From NCBI RefSeq assembly GCF_001949145.1, contig NW_019091356.1:1863673-1927666 (forward strand): a stretch of 63,994 nucleotides of DNA. The letters run 5' to 3'. This stretch comes from Acanthaster planci. Its lineage: Eukaryota. The notes below the pieces were generated by a model. That model worked only from the letters and a program-made list of their open reading frames with translations, was not told where the DNA came from and ran no database searches. The position numbers and the translations under genes are program-made. Within the stretch, counting starts at the first letter, position 1; each line of letters opens with the position of its first letter. Below are positions 21,519 through 34,904 of the stretch, in pieces.

Positions 21519-24500
21519 ATGAAGCTTCATGTGATTTTAACAAGCAGTGTCCTGCTGTGTGCTTGGGTTCTTCTCTCAATTCTTCAAACCGCAGGTAAGC
21601 CTATCCTGAGAATTTTCTTGATCTGATTCAACTTGTTTGTTGGCCTGTGGTTAGATCATCGAGCACATCCTCGTCGTTGCGATATGCAAACTTGTTTCTA
21701 AAACATCTTTAAACGATTGTATTTGGAACCGCTAAAAACAGGAATAATGAAGCAGGCTTTAAAAAGGGCTAAAAACAGTGTCTTAAAACAGGTTCCTCTG
21801 CATATTTTCTTGAAAACGGATCCCCGGTTTCCAGACTGTTTTCTAGAAAACAGGAATAAAACATGTTTTTTCCTGTTTTATGAAAACAGACATTTGCATA
21901 AATAAATATTTATAAGATGCAAACAAGGACTGATGTATTTGTGTCTTTCACATACATCGGAATAGAACTGTTTTACCATGGTTTTACTCTGGCATCATAT
22001 ATGTCTTCATGTGTACAGAATGTTCTTCAAATGAAGTTGTATCTTACATTTACTTCTAAGCAAGTATGGAATCATTGAATTCCAGTTAGCTGCATGTGGT
22101 TATTCTTAATCACTTTCTCAGAGATAATTTGTACTCAGTTTTGCTTTTGAGTCCATCACAAGTCCCTGCAAGTCCCTGTAAGTCCATCACAAGTCATTCA
22201 GTCTTATTAATCCAATTCACAAGCTATTCAAATGAGTTGTGACAAAGCATTCCTTTGTCATTGTTCACTCTGTTACTTATGACTGGCCTTTTGAAGGGAC
22301 TTGTGACTGGACTTGTGATGGGCTCGAATACAACTTGATTTGTATACACGAATCGATACTGTATGCACCGTATCCGATGGGCTCGAATACAGCTTGATTT
22401 GTATACACGAATCGATACTGTATGCACCGTTCATGATGTTTTACTGATACTCACTTTAACATTTACTGCTAATTAAGCAAAGTTTGCATAAACATCATGT
22501 ACATGTATAATCTATCTAAGAGTTTATACTTGGTGTAACCGCAAACCGAACTAGTCGATTGGCACCTCACCATGCAAACCTACCAAGTGACACGCTGCTA
22601 ATTCACATGATGCAGTCAGTTTATCCAATCTGAAATAAAGCATGCATGCTTACAGGGATATAGAGCATTTCAAACATGATCAGTTTTACACAGCTTTCTT
22701 CATGCCATCTTTCTATATTTTTCTAAAATACACTGCTGTTCCCCATTACCAACACATGCATGTCGGACAGCAGGCCTATACAGACAATTAAGTGACTCAT
22801 AAATCATTTGACCGTATAGGCCTAAATCAACCATTGCTTGACCAAGCATTCACACAGATTGTTAGCCTGCAAACGAACAGAAAGATGTGGGGACCTTGAC
22901 TTGACCATATAAAAAAAGACAGGCATTTTTGCCTACTGCTGTGTTTGCAGATCTTCACGGTTGGCTGGCAACATTTTTCTCTCCGATGAAAGCAAGTTAT
23001 CTCAATTCAAGCAAATCATGTTCCACATCAATTCCTGTATCTCGTTTTGGTTTTTTGTGGGGCAATCCATTTTGTTGTACAGATAATTCCAGAAATGAGG
23101 GGTCCATTTTTTTGGTGTCCCTGTCACATCTGACGTATGATTTTATAAGTTTAGAACACATTTTCTAATTTCCAAGAGCGATGAATAAAATTACCTGCCA
23201 AACAAATAGTAATAGTTTGAAATCAGTTCCGGTGATATTTCCATGTCAAATAACACACTTTTGGACCCCTAATTTCTGGAATTTACCTGATACATGTACA
23301 TTTTTATCATTGAAATAACTTTTGCTTGCCTGTCATGGAACTGCAACATAGAAAACTCAACTGGTTCATTTTATTATAAATTTAGTTACTTACACTATAA
23401 ATAGCATTGTACACAAAAAGTTGAATATAATCTCATAAAGCGTATGCCTACCCAGGGCAGGAACTTCATGGTATTGGAGGCAATTAAGTCTTCATGTACC
23501 TGACCTTTGCCTCAATGCCCTTTGAAATAAACAATTTGCTTCTTTACTACGACTAGCCCTTGTAAATTAGAAAGCTACTGCCTACATCATTACCAACGAG
23601 GTTTCACATGATGCACCGCATCTTTATAGTCAAAGATGCTCTTTCTTTCACCATCTAAAAATTTCATGCTACCTTGTCGGTACTTTTCAGCTTCAGAACC
23701 TTCAAACTTACAGATTTATCAAATTTTAAAAAAGTTCCTAAAACAGTTAAACTACATCTCCAGGATAACCAACTGGTGTGCTAACTTAAAGTCTGTCCAA
23801 ACTGTAGTTTGGATGGCGTCAAGTTCCAGGACACGAACAGTCCTGCAGTAAATTTCTGTAGCAAATTTCTCAACCTTCTCCAAATCTCTGCGGTTCATCA
23901 CATCTGAAAATATATACCATGTGGCGCTAACTTTCATCCATGACTCAAACTGAAACTGCAAGTACAAGTTGCCAATGTAAACAAAATGAGGGCACATGGC
24001 ACACGCAAGTACCAGTAGTCTGTGCTATTGTCGGGCTGGCTTCCAAATCCAATTGTCATCAGAATGGTCCCAAAATTGGGACAGATATTATTGTTAGAAA
24101 GTCAATGCTCGAAAGCCCTACCACCGGTAGAACAGCATACAGCAAAAAGTCCTGAATCAGTCTTGGGCAATTTTACATGTGCTAGTACATCGCTGACAAC
24201 TTACTGAGCTCAGCGAAGCTTTTTGCATTCAGAGAGTTCATTTGATTGCTTAAGACCTGTGAAGGCAAAACGTCTGGACATACAGTATAAGACGAATTCG
24301 TGGACCAAGGAGTACTTTTTTGACTGATTTTGAAGGCATATGCATCTTTCCTACATCATTGTTTGTTGGTTGGCTTTTGTTTTGGCCTGTAGAAGCCACG
24401 TACCAACCGGAATGCGACACGTTAGATGAGGCTGTACGACAAATCAACCAGGCCCAGTCACAGCTGGGGAGTGTCAACGCTAGCATCAACTGTACCCGTA

Positions 24501-27500
24501 ATGCAGCCTGCGACGGTTTCAGCTGTGTCCTTCCCTTCCAGGTATTTAGACAATGAAGCTAATAACTGAACATAACTGAAGATCATCAAATTTACCAGTG
24601 TCCCGGATCTTTCTCTTTCTTTCTTCCTTTCTCTGGGCGTACAGCAACAAACAACGCACAAGCCCCAATAACATCACAGTGTATTGAGGCGACCTTGGAC
24701 AATGTATGACTCAACAATACTTGTACGTAGTTCAGTGAAATGTCATTTTTGCAAAATTTGATACTTCGTCCGAATTAAATCGGTCTGAATGAGAGATCCA
24801 CGTTTTGTTTTAGAGTGCTTCCCAGTAAAAAAAAAAAAAAAAAGAGCGGGGCTCTTTGATAATTTTGGCTTGCAAAGAGTTTTGAGAGCGTGATCTTATT
24901 AGTGGTACTCTGATACAGAAATGGATTTGAAAGGACCTCTAATTTTTCCTCAGTCTTTATTAAGTTACATCAATTCACGTCTGAGTTAGGAAATGCACTC
25001 AGTGTAGTCGGCTTGTTTCTTATGGTCTGACCTTTGATCACAGACAAGGTTTGCAGAAAGAATTGTTCTGGGTGTTACAATCTTCTTTGTTTCAGGTTTC
25101 ATATTCCTCCATGGTCATACTCGAACTCACACTCGGAACGAAACACTCAATATTTAGTAGTTTTTATCTGTACATTCCAAAAGCTGAATACGTATTTGGC
25201 TTTTGTTTTTCTGTCTAATGTACTAATTGTGTATGTTTCCTTTTGTTCTTATTTATTTGTACGTTTGTAATTATGTATAAATTTACCTTGTAGTTTTGAT
25301 GTGAGGGATCCTTTGGAAAACAGGTTAAGTTTAACTGAAATGGACCACCCTCGTTAAAGATTAAATAAATAAAATAAACTAATACCTGAAGTTAACTCAC
25401 ACTCAACTACACCACTTCCAGTGCTGACTGACCTGGCTGTTACCTGATTATTGGATCAGCCATTCTTTGTATGGGTTGTGGATGGCATTTCAAGTGAAGG
25501 GAGTCGCTGTCCATTGTGTTACAGAAAAGAGCACCTTTGTAAATTGCATGCAACAGCCCAGTAAGCCCAGCCGCCCTGTGTATTCATGCATTGGCATACA
25601 GAATTTAGTGTGAAATATAGCCATGAACAAGGCCAGCCGGGGGCCTGAGTCATATCTGTACTTTGTGATGGGGATATGGTTGCATTATATTGAAGAAGTT
25701 ACAGGCTCAACATGTTGACTGCCGACTGCTAAGAACTGGTATACACGTATAGTCACAGGTGTACTGGATGGGATCTGCCAATCTGAGTGTACCCATAGGA
25801 AATGAAGGCTATTACATGGCATTACCGAAGAACACAGCAAATGCGCTGCTGGCAGTGTGGAGAGCCTAACCATCAATAAAATGCTCACGTTCAAAGAGAC
25901 ACCTGAATGGTACCTGTTAAATATGCACGCATGATGCGTACAATGCCAGCAAATGGGAACGCCGCTTTGAAATTATGCGCGGCAGTCAACTTGTTAAGAA
26001 GTACATGTATACTCTTGCTATACCTTCTGCGAGGAAGCCATAAATATAAGGGATAATTAATTGGCTGGACTAATCAAGCACCTGTATAGTTGTGGCTGCT
26101 CATTTCATGCCTGAGTCAATCCAAATTATTGGATATTCATGAGCCTAGCTACCATTTGATTGAATTGAATCTTTGGATATTGGGGGTAGCCCTGGTTCAG
26201 TTGTAATAAAAACATGGACAGGTTGTTGGTTGGTGCCAAATTGCCCAGTATTAAAAGAAAAATCCCCCCCCCATGCAAAAGTCATACTATTGACTTTCAC
26301 TTGAAGCAAAAGGAACTGGGGGATGGTTTGCTGGAAATTGTAGCTTCATGCTTGTTTGAATTGAGGTTTTATATCTCACAAATTGTGTTTAAATTTGTAT
26401 GAAAGTAAATTTTAAAAATGATAATTGAACCAAACAAAATTTGTGCATGTAGAAATGCTGAACTGGTACCGTTGGCTGCAAAATTTGTTGATCCTTCCCC
26501 ACTTATTCATTATGGGCCTGTGGACAAGTTCAACAAACTTTTACACGTTGGCCCTTTTTTTTTCTTCAGTGACAGTCGAAGAACTTATATTTATACATGT
26601 ATTCTGCTCCCAATGTGAAACCTGGTCCATCGGGCATTTGAAGTGATGGATGACCTTTTGGTCCATTGCTGTCACTCTTGGTGAATTTGGTAAATGCTGT
26701 GGATTAAAGGGACTTTGACATGAATGTCTAGTGAGGCCTTTTTTTTGTTTTGCTTTTGCAAATATCTGCACATTCAAATTCCATGGAAATAGTTTGAAAC
26801 TTTTTTGAAAGTGTACGTGTGTGGGGTAAGAAAAGTTTGAACGTTTATTTTTGTATCCTGTGCAGACTTTTTGGCCATGTTACAAGGGTTGCTTGTTTGA
26901 ATTCTACAACTCGACCTGTCTGCCTCTCTGATCAGTTGCTGGGAAAAATTCCATATAAAGGACACAGCTTGACACCTTGTTTGAAAACCCTATGAGACTG
27001 ATCTGAACAGTTCTAAGTGTTTTCTTAGGAAATACTTTAATGTTTCACTGCTAAATTGGACTTTCAAGTAGGACATTTCATTGCTTTCAGATGACTGTGA
27101 CATAGGTTACTGTGGAGAAAATTAGTGGCACTCATATGGAATTCTTTCCAAGTACGCCCAGCTCATCATCAGAGCCTTTATACTCCTCGCATCTCCATAT
27201 CGTCCCCCGCTGCAGGGTCAGAGAACTGAGCTGAGGGTCAAGCTGCACCCTTGCGATGATCCGCCTCAGATGTTCCTTCTGGTTCAGGACCCAGACACCA
27301 GCTTGCCCTACATCCAGGAAACCGTCACCCGCGGGGATACCTACACCATCCCAGGTTGGTCAGGGGAGGTGTCGCGTTAGTCCCCTCCTTGGGCAGTGCA
27401 TTGTAAGGATCGATGTACTTCCATACGTATCCCCCCCAAAAATAACAGTGTTGTGCTGATGTAGATAAGGCTTTAAGAGCTGAGGATAGGTTTACTGTTA

Positions 27501-30500
27501 CTTTGCACGTTGCCACCCAGATGAAACTTGACACAAAATGTTCGACTCTCAGCAACTCCTGGTGCACTGTTTACATGTATGTCAGCGTCTGTCACGTGGA
27601 GAGAGTTTAAGTGTATAAGACCGTCAGTCTGCCATGTACAGTATATTATCCATCAATAAAAGAAGGCTGTATAATTCAAAGTTATACATATATTATATGT
27701 CTAAAAACCCACAGTGTGTTGAATCTATATAACCCAATTGTGTATTTGTTTTAGGTTTACACTATGACTTCTCATTTCTTGAGCTGGATGTGGCTGTCCA
27801 AGTACAGTTTGGCAAAGTCTCAGAAGGCTTGGAAATTGGGGTAAATATGCCAAACATATTTTTTTTTTTGTTATTTAAGGTTACAATTTTATTTTGAGAT
27901 TGCAATGTAATGCATGACATTGATCTCTGCATGAAAAGGGTACATGTATAGTCCGTCCTTTCTGCAAATATTGGGAAAATGTACCGGCTTTTCATTTTTC
28001 GGGGGGGGGGAACTCTAGCTCTTACCCTGAGTGGAATGTAGATCTGTTCCAAACATTTTAGGAGTCTGATGGTGGTTGCGAGGGGCATGCATTCAAATTA
28101 TCCCCCCCCCTTCTGATTTGTTCCAGAGTAGTAGATAAATAACCCCTTGCTGTGTATGCGTCTGAAGTCTTAGAAACTTAACTTCCATTCATTTTTATTC
28201 ATTATTTTGTTCTGCACAGTTGTCTTTGGTGTTTCTAGCTGACGACGCAATGATATTTGATGTTCCCATTTTATCTCCGATAGTCATCAAAACACCCCCT
28301 TGCTCCACCCAGGGGCCTGGTAGGTCACACCTATTGTCACATTAGGTCCAGGTCAGCATGAAATGTGCAGCAGTATTGTCTAAAAAGGGAAGGATGATCT
28401 CACCAAGGACATTTTTGTCGTTTGATGCTGTCTGTTAAGATCAAAGGTGTAAATTAAGCGACTGTCATGATCATATCCAAAACTTGACCAGTTTATTTTA
28501 CACAGTTGTAGTCTGTGTGGACTTGGGCACAGGAACATGTACATAGATCCATTGTCTGAGGAGATGTGTTGCCAGTGTGTACATGTACAAGTGCATTTGT
28601 AGACACGTACACATTAGGACCCAGTTTTCGTCAGAATGTGCACAAGCTTGTGACACTTTCATTAAGTTGCAATATCCTGTCATATAATTGTATCACAATT
28701 ATGAGGACATCTGTTTATGGTGTGGCTGCATGGTATTCCGCATTACTTGGTCAGGATCATTGCTGTTGGAAACTAGTTCAGGCTTTGAACTTTTCACTTA
28801 CTGACTGGAGAGCCAAGAGCTTTACTGTGTAATTGCTTTATTTGGGATTTTAGGCCAAAGTGTACAGTGTCAACGAATGCAAGAACTTGTCAGTGGACTC
28901 ACACCACCCTCTGGTTTCCAGTGTGCCAGGGAGGATGATTGTAAGGGCTTAAGATGTGTGGGAACCATCGACTTTGGCTTCGTCGTAAGTTAATTTGGTT
29001 ATTAATAATCAATAAAAGAATTCACCGATGACATCTGTGACAATTATGCATTTATGTGCAAATGTTTATGTGATGGTTTTGTGATATTGATATTGCATTT
29101 ATATTGTTGCCATTAAAGTCGGAGTTCACAGGTCATCAAAATGCGTTGCATCTGTGCCATATAGGCATACATGTAATTGAATCGTGTTCTTTTTTTCCGG
29201 AAGTCTTATGAAATCACAGCGAAATCAGTACTTGACAGTTGCACGGATCCCATCTCGTACAACATTACCATCCAAGATGTGAATGGCGCCCATGTCTGGT
29301 TTCATCCGTTCATCCATTCCGAGACTGTGCCTGTGGGTGAGTTCATTTGTTCCTCAAAGTTCGAGATTTCTGCAACTCAACAGACAGTACGTAGATGCCT
29401 GGTTATTTTTTATTGTAAATAACATTTGATTTCAGGAACTATTTGGTTTTGCAGTGCGACGAGTCTTTGATTGGAACAAAGGTTTTCTTAAGTTGTCTTC
29501 AATTTGGATGCCACTTAAAATGGAGGGGGGCATCAGTCATGGCTTTTTTAAAACTGAAATCAAGTTTCATTCCCAGATTTCAAGTCAGCATGTTGTAATA
29601 TGGTTGTAGTTGTGTTGTCTCAGATGTATTCCAAAATTAAGAGGAACATTATATTCCAGGATAAAAAAAAAACCAGTGAAGCTGGGTGTCTGTTCTGAGC
29701 TTTGCCGGGAAGCATGCATCTTAACATGTGGTAACATGCAGTGTTGTATTCGAGTTCATCACAAGTCCTGNNNNNNNNNNNNNNNNNNNNNNNNNNNNNN
29801 NNNNNNNNNNNNNNNNNNNNNNNNNNNNNNNNNNNNNNNNNNNNNNNNNNNNNNNNNNNNNNNNNNNNNNNNNNNNNNNNNNNNNNNNNNNNNNNNNNNN
29901 NNNNNNNNNNNNNNNNNNNNNNNNNNNNNNNNNNNNNNNNNNNNNNNNNNNNNNNNNNNNNNNNNNNNNNNNNNNNNNNNNNNNNNNNNNNNNNNNNNNN
30001 NNNNNNNNNNNNNNNNNNNNNNNNNNNNNNNNNNNNNNNNNNNNNNNNNNNNNNNNNNNNNNNNNNNNNNNNNNNNNNNNNNNNNNNNNNNNNNNNNNNN
30101 NNNNNNNNNNNNNNNNNNNNNNNNNNNNNNNNNNNNNNNNNNNNNNNNNNNNNNNNNNNNNNNNNNNNNNNNNNNNNNNNNNNNNNNNNNNNNNNNNNNN
30201 NNNNNNNNNNNNNNNNNNNNNNNNNNNNNNNNNNNNNTGTAAAACAGATGCCATTGGCCTGCCACAAGGAATTGAGGCCAACCTCACCGTCCTAATGGAT
30301 CCATTCACAGACGACATTGATTACTTGCTAACCACGGTAAGATTTTTCTTTTCTTTTCCTTGGGTGTTTTCCAAACTTCTGTTTGGACTGCGGCTCTGTC
30401 CAAAAGATCCAGTGGCATTACTTAAGGCCTGTGATGATGGGGAGATTTGGGCTTACCGTTCTTTCTCCTTTTCGTCTGTTGAATATCAAAGAATAACTTG

Positions 30501-33500
30501 CTAAATATGAAGATCACGTTCATGTGGTTCGAACATTTTGGTCTCCAAAATCATTGCGGTGCTGGAAATGAGGACATGGCTTGAGAGCTTGAAGTGCAGA
30601 TTTGGAAAATTGCTTGGCCATGTAAAAGTTAGCTCAGGTTCCATCCTTTTGATCGTCCGACAGAAAGCAAGTGCAAGGTGGAAAAGAGCATCCACTTGTG
30701 TTGTCCATAGCACGCCTCAAACCCTATGTACTTTGAATTCTCCAAAGCTTTTAAACCTATTTCAACAACTTTCTTGACAACTTTCAAGCCTTCAGTTTCC
30801 CGAACATTACTTTGAACATGTTGAAAACCACAGATTTGAACAGATTTTGAACAAATAATACACAGTGATAGACCAACACTGTTGTCTGTCGATGTGTGGT
30901 AGCTCCATTTTTCACTTGAGTGGTTCTTGGTAGATACCAACTTGTTCAGCAGTGTCATTAAACCAATCCTTCCCCGCTAAGTATCTCTGTGAATTTGCTT
31001 CTCTTCCAATTCCAGATCAAATTGATCATTCGCACTCCTCTGAGTCCACAGCCCATCATAGAAACATTTATTGAGAACGGACGCATGCCCATCCCACCAT
31101 GCGGTAAGTTGTGTTTCCCCTGGCCAAGTTGTCCTTTCCCGACTCTCAATATCTTCTTCTTCGGCTTATAGTTTCCTGTTCACGATTCACGCGTGTAATT
31201 TTCTCCTCCATCTTGAGCCCCTTTGCACGATAGCCACCTTGCAGGGCACTTCCTTTTTTTAACAGAGAAATCTCCTTTGTGCATACCCAGTCGAACAAAA
31301 GCACTGGCCTGCAAGATGGCAGCCGTGCAAATCCTTCATTCCTCTTTGCTCACCAATCACTGGAGGTATACCAGGACTTGAAATAGAGTTTGGCCATCTC
31401 TTATCGTTGTTGTATCAGCTTTTTTTGCCTTGAAACTTGAAAGTCTGAAACCATCCGCCAACATCATGCACCAGTTTTGTTTACTTGTCAATAATAAGGC
31501 CCCTGCTGGATTTCACCATTACTAGATCACCCGATGACGACACCAGTTTCCAGACCCCCCACCTCTTTAACCCCCTTGCCGGGTGCGGGTGACGAGTGCG
31601 CGACTTGGCAGGCCATTAGTGATGGCATCAGAGATGACCCAGTGTTTGCCGGCAATATGGTGTGTGGGGTCAATAATAGTCCGTGTGATGGTATCGTCTG
31701 CAATCTGACTTCAGATGTAATTATATTACTCCTTTTTTTCATTGTCGAAATTGGAAACATTCACTTGAGAAGGTATTTTAACTTGTACTTATTTCTGGTT
31801 TTTAAATGCGTAAGCATCCATCAGACATGGAAAAGTGAAAAATTGTATTGAGGTCTTTGTGCACAAGTCATCTAATTCTCTTGCTTTTTCCTTTGTTTTG
31901 TTTGTTTGTTTGTTGGGNNNNNNNNNNNNNNNNNNNNNNNNNNNNNNNNNNNNNNNNNNNNNNNNNNNNNNNNNNNNNNNNNNNNNNNNNNNNNNNNNNN
32001 NNNNNNNNNNNNNNNNNNNNNNNNNNNNNNNNNNNNNNNNNNNNNNNNNNNNNNNNNNNNNNNNNNNNNNNNNNNNNNNNNNNNNNNNNNNNNNNNNNNN
32101 NNNNNNNNNNNNNNNNNNNNNNNNNNNNNNNNNNNNNNNNNNNNNNNNNNNNNNNNNNNNNNNNNNNNNNNNNNNNNNNNNNNNNNNNNNNNNNNNNNNN
32201 NNNNNNNNNNNNNNNNNNNNNNNNNNNNNNNNNNNNNNNNNNNNNNNNNNNNNNNNNNNNNNNNNNNNNNNNNNNNNNNNNNNNNNNNNNNNNNNNNNNN
32301 NNNNNNNNNNNNNNNNNNNNNNNNNNNNNNNNNNNNNNNNNNNNNNNNNTGTCAATGTCTTGATCAGAATTTTTCAATGTAGTTTAATTATTGTTTGTCA
32401 TAGTTTGTCTTTTTTCAATTCCACTTATTTATGATTCATACATTCCAAATAACGCTGATGTTTTGCTGAAACGTTTTTTTCCCTCCGATTTCAAAGGGTC
32501 GTCTGTTTGTGTTCAAGCTGACATTGTTTCATTGTGAGGCTCCAGTTCGCCTTTTGTTCAGCATCGACGATGAGCCCAGCTTTGTTTACCATGTGGCGAC
32601 AAACATAACGGACGTTGCTGTTGTTGCTATCGGTGAGATGATAATCCAGATAACATATGAACGGTACCCGGCAAAGGTATTCACTACTATGTGTTCTTGG
32701 GGGGGGACGTTAATGGATGACTCTTTGGACAGAGATTGAACTATTCATATCATTTTAATTGTGCATTTTGCTCACTGAAATTGACAATTTGGTACATTTC
32801 ACAGAATTTGGAAGCTTGTTATTGGTCCAAGGAAAATTCTGGTCATTCTTTTTCTTCTCCGACCAAAGTGGAAGAGCATTTACTGTCTGGTTTGATATTT
32901 CAGGGGTTTTTTTTGGGGGGGGGTTGTGTTATATATTTTGATATAATGTTATGGGCTTTGATTGCAGATCATATTGTTCAGGATGGAGAGCTAAAATTTT
33001 TTGTCATGAGACGAAGCAGCGAAGCTGTCGAGTTGGCAGTGGCACTGAAGTTGCCCACATCTGATGGAATCATCGCCGTCCCCCTGGTGCAAGATCGCAT
33101 CATTCCTGTTCAGCCTTGCCGTAAGTCAAAGCAGGCTGCGAATATCTCCCAACAGCAAAAGAGTAATGCTTCAATTCGACACTACTAAGTTCCTTGTCAA
33201 AATAGCTCTGGGGTAGGAGTCTCGGGGGGCTGGAGTTTACGTTCTTGATATCAATGTTGGAACTAGTGGGAATTGTTGGGCCGACTGCCGTGTGCAAACT
33301 GTCACGTCGCCCATGACCCATATGGCGCTTGTAATGAGTGGGTATATGTACCAGTAATTAATTATTATGCACCAGTATTGTCAATTACTATTCGTGACAT
33401 CAATTTTTATTCCCTTAAGCTTCAACTGTTCCTAGACCAGATGTTACTACTTCAGATCACCAGTACCACCAGGTACTGATCATCTTGAAACAGAACTCAC

Positions 33501-34807
33501 AATTTCTGTCACCTCACAAAATTCACCCAAAATTTGGACTGCCGAGGCCACGAAGTCATGAACCCCAGGGCCATGGCATGTCCCTACGTGTGCTCCATTA
33601 TATGACCATGACATTGTCCTTAGTTGAGGTGGTTTTGAGTCAAACCAACTTGGGGACTGAAAAGACACCTAGGGATGGAGCCGGCCTAGCACAGATTTGT
33701 AGTGTTTGTAACTCCAATGATCCACAGGCAAGCTGAATTTGGACAATCGTGTACAAATGGGAACCATCAACCTGCATACCGTCTGTCATGCTGCGTTCCT
33801 TTTTTGCACCTTGTAAAATGAACTTGAGTTCATTTTTCCACAAAGAAAATATGCAGTCATATCGACTCATCAACTTTTATCTTCCAAGTTAACATGTATG
33901 CACGTATTGTCACTCAGGTCCACAAAGCACCCAGAATCCGTCAGGTCCCATGACCCAGGAACCTTCCAAGTCCCCAACAGGCAGACCTGGGGATGATGGC
34001 AAGCCAGACAATTCGCCACAATCCAAGACGAGTGCCGGTGAGTTTAATCAAATGTATAGGTCATGGATACTATATTCTGGCTTTTTTCACAATTTAACTG
34101 TGCATGTACGCATACATAATTTTTCTCGTTGTGGGCACTACACCAGAATTGAAACATGCTGTGGGGCCAAACTATTATGGGAACAAATTGTACCCCCACA
34201 ACTCCGTCCCGACTTTCCTAGGGAAAGAAATGTTCCCCCCAACGGGGTAAAGGCCTACCCACACATTCAGTCGTGTTTGACTATACCATCAGGGAGAGAG
34301 GGCATTGTGTCCCCTGGTGTACCTTCAATATAAACTCTCCCAAAGACTAAACACAAGCACTTGGTACCAAGACAGTAGATTGACTCCTGAGGAGAGGGGA
34401 AACATTACCTTGCTCCTGTAACATGAATATCTTCATGGTTAGAAGCCTTGCGAATGAATTCTGAACACAGCGTTGTTTTCAATCAAGTCTTGCCTTTTTC
34501 CAGGGCGTTCCTTTATTCTAGACTCTTTCTTTGAGGTGAAACAAAAGGAGCCTAATTTCCATACGGTGCAAATCCACCCATTCGAATTGGTAGTATGGTT
34601 TTGAATTTCACGTGAACCAACGGGCATGAATTCACCTTTGGCGTATTGTGTGTCCACCTGCTTACAGCAATCATTGGTGCAGTTGTGGGCGTGGTCGCTG
34701 TCGTCGTGGTTATCGCGGTTGTCTTGGCGCTGGTGTGGTACCGTCGGCGATCCCGCAAGCCGCATGATGAGATCAACCTGGTTGAGAACACCTCCGTGCA
34801 AGCTTAA
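21519..34807 (+). CDS. Uncharacterised type I membrane glycoprotein B (signal peptide, 3 x six-Cys ~150-aa domain, stalk, TM, short tail); paralog of gene A
   Basis: Hand-spliced coding exons, all GT-AG and frame-continuous: 21519-21594, 24393-24541, 27216-27354, 27755-27840, 28220-28319, 28854-28984, 29204-29336, 30248-30336, 31016-31103, 31526-31716, 32497-32632, 32968-33120, 33918-34037, 34668-34807 (TAA). 1731 nt = 576 aa. Starts MKLHVILTSSVLLCAWVLLSILQTA/EATYQPEC; ends AIIGAVVGVVAVVVVIAVVLALVWY-RRRSRKPHDEINLVENTSVQA. AATAAA at 34899. Confidence 0.9.
22149..22430. mobile_element. TIR element with CAAGTCC subrepeats plus a 59-bp tandem duplication of its end
   Basis: GAGTCCATCACAAGTCC at left is the inverse of GGACTTGTGATGGGCTC at right; the 59-bp unit starting at 22317 repeats at 22376; the same terminus recurs at 29742-29770. 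Confidence 0.55.
22930..24200 (-). pseudogene. Possible decayed, intron-containing coding sequence (probably transposon-derived) inside intron 1 of gene B
   Basis: Protein-like segments broken by single stops and bounded by AG/GT sites, e.g. SQFWDHSDDNWIWKPARQ*HRLLVLACAMCPHF...KVEKFATEIYCRTVRVLELD; KFQKLGVQKCVI*HGNITGTDFKLLLFVWQ/gtaatt; ag/KMCSKLIKSYVRCDRDTKKMDPSFLEL. No family recognised. Confidence 0.3.
25185..25382 (+). mobile_element. LINE (CR1/L2-like) 3' end fragment
   Basis: T-rich stretch, then a stem-loop-like AGGGATCCTTTGGAAAACAGG...TGGACCACCCTC, then a (TAAA)n tail. Confidence 0.45.
29771..30237. other. Assembly gap (N run) in intron 7 of gene B
   Basis: Run of N; exon-for-exon match to gene A shows no coding exon is missing. 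Confidence 0.99.
31215..31339. mobile_element. Short MITE, same family as 59018-59143
   Basis: Shares CTCCTTTGTGCATACCC..GAACAAAAGCACTGGCCT.CAAGATG.CAGCC.TGCAAA with 59018-59143. Confidence 0.6.
31918..32349. other. Assembly gap (N run) in intron 10 of gene B
   Basis: Run of N preceded by a (TTTG)n microsatellite. Confidence 0.99.
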
Positions 34808-34898
34808 GACCCAATGATACACCAGACAGCTTCATGAAGCTGTTACACAGTTACACAGAAATTGTTTTAACCATAGGACTTTCACGACCTGAACTCTG

Positions 34899-34904
34899 AA
34901 TAAA
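34899..34904 (+). terminator. Candidate polyadenylation signal of gene B
   Basis: AATAAA ~90 nt after the TAA, followed by T/GT-rich sequence; a second AATAAA lies near 35028. Confidence 0.45.

Noticed and set aside
29610..32434. Long ORFs full of X
   Set aside because: Artefacts of N gaps; only the embedded gene B exons are real.
33260..33475. Possible gene B counterpart of the optional gene A exon
   Set aside because: Candidate AG/GT pairs give the wrong phase or hit a stop; exon 12 splices in frame directly to 33918.
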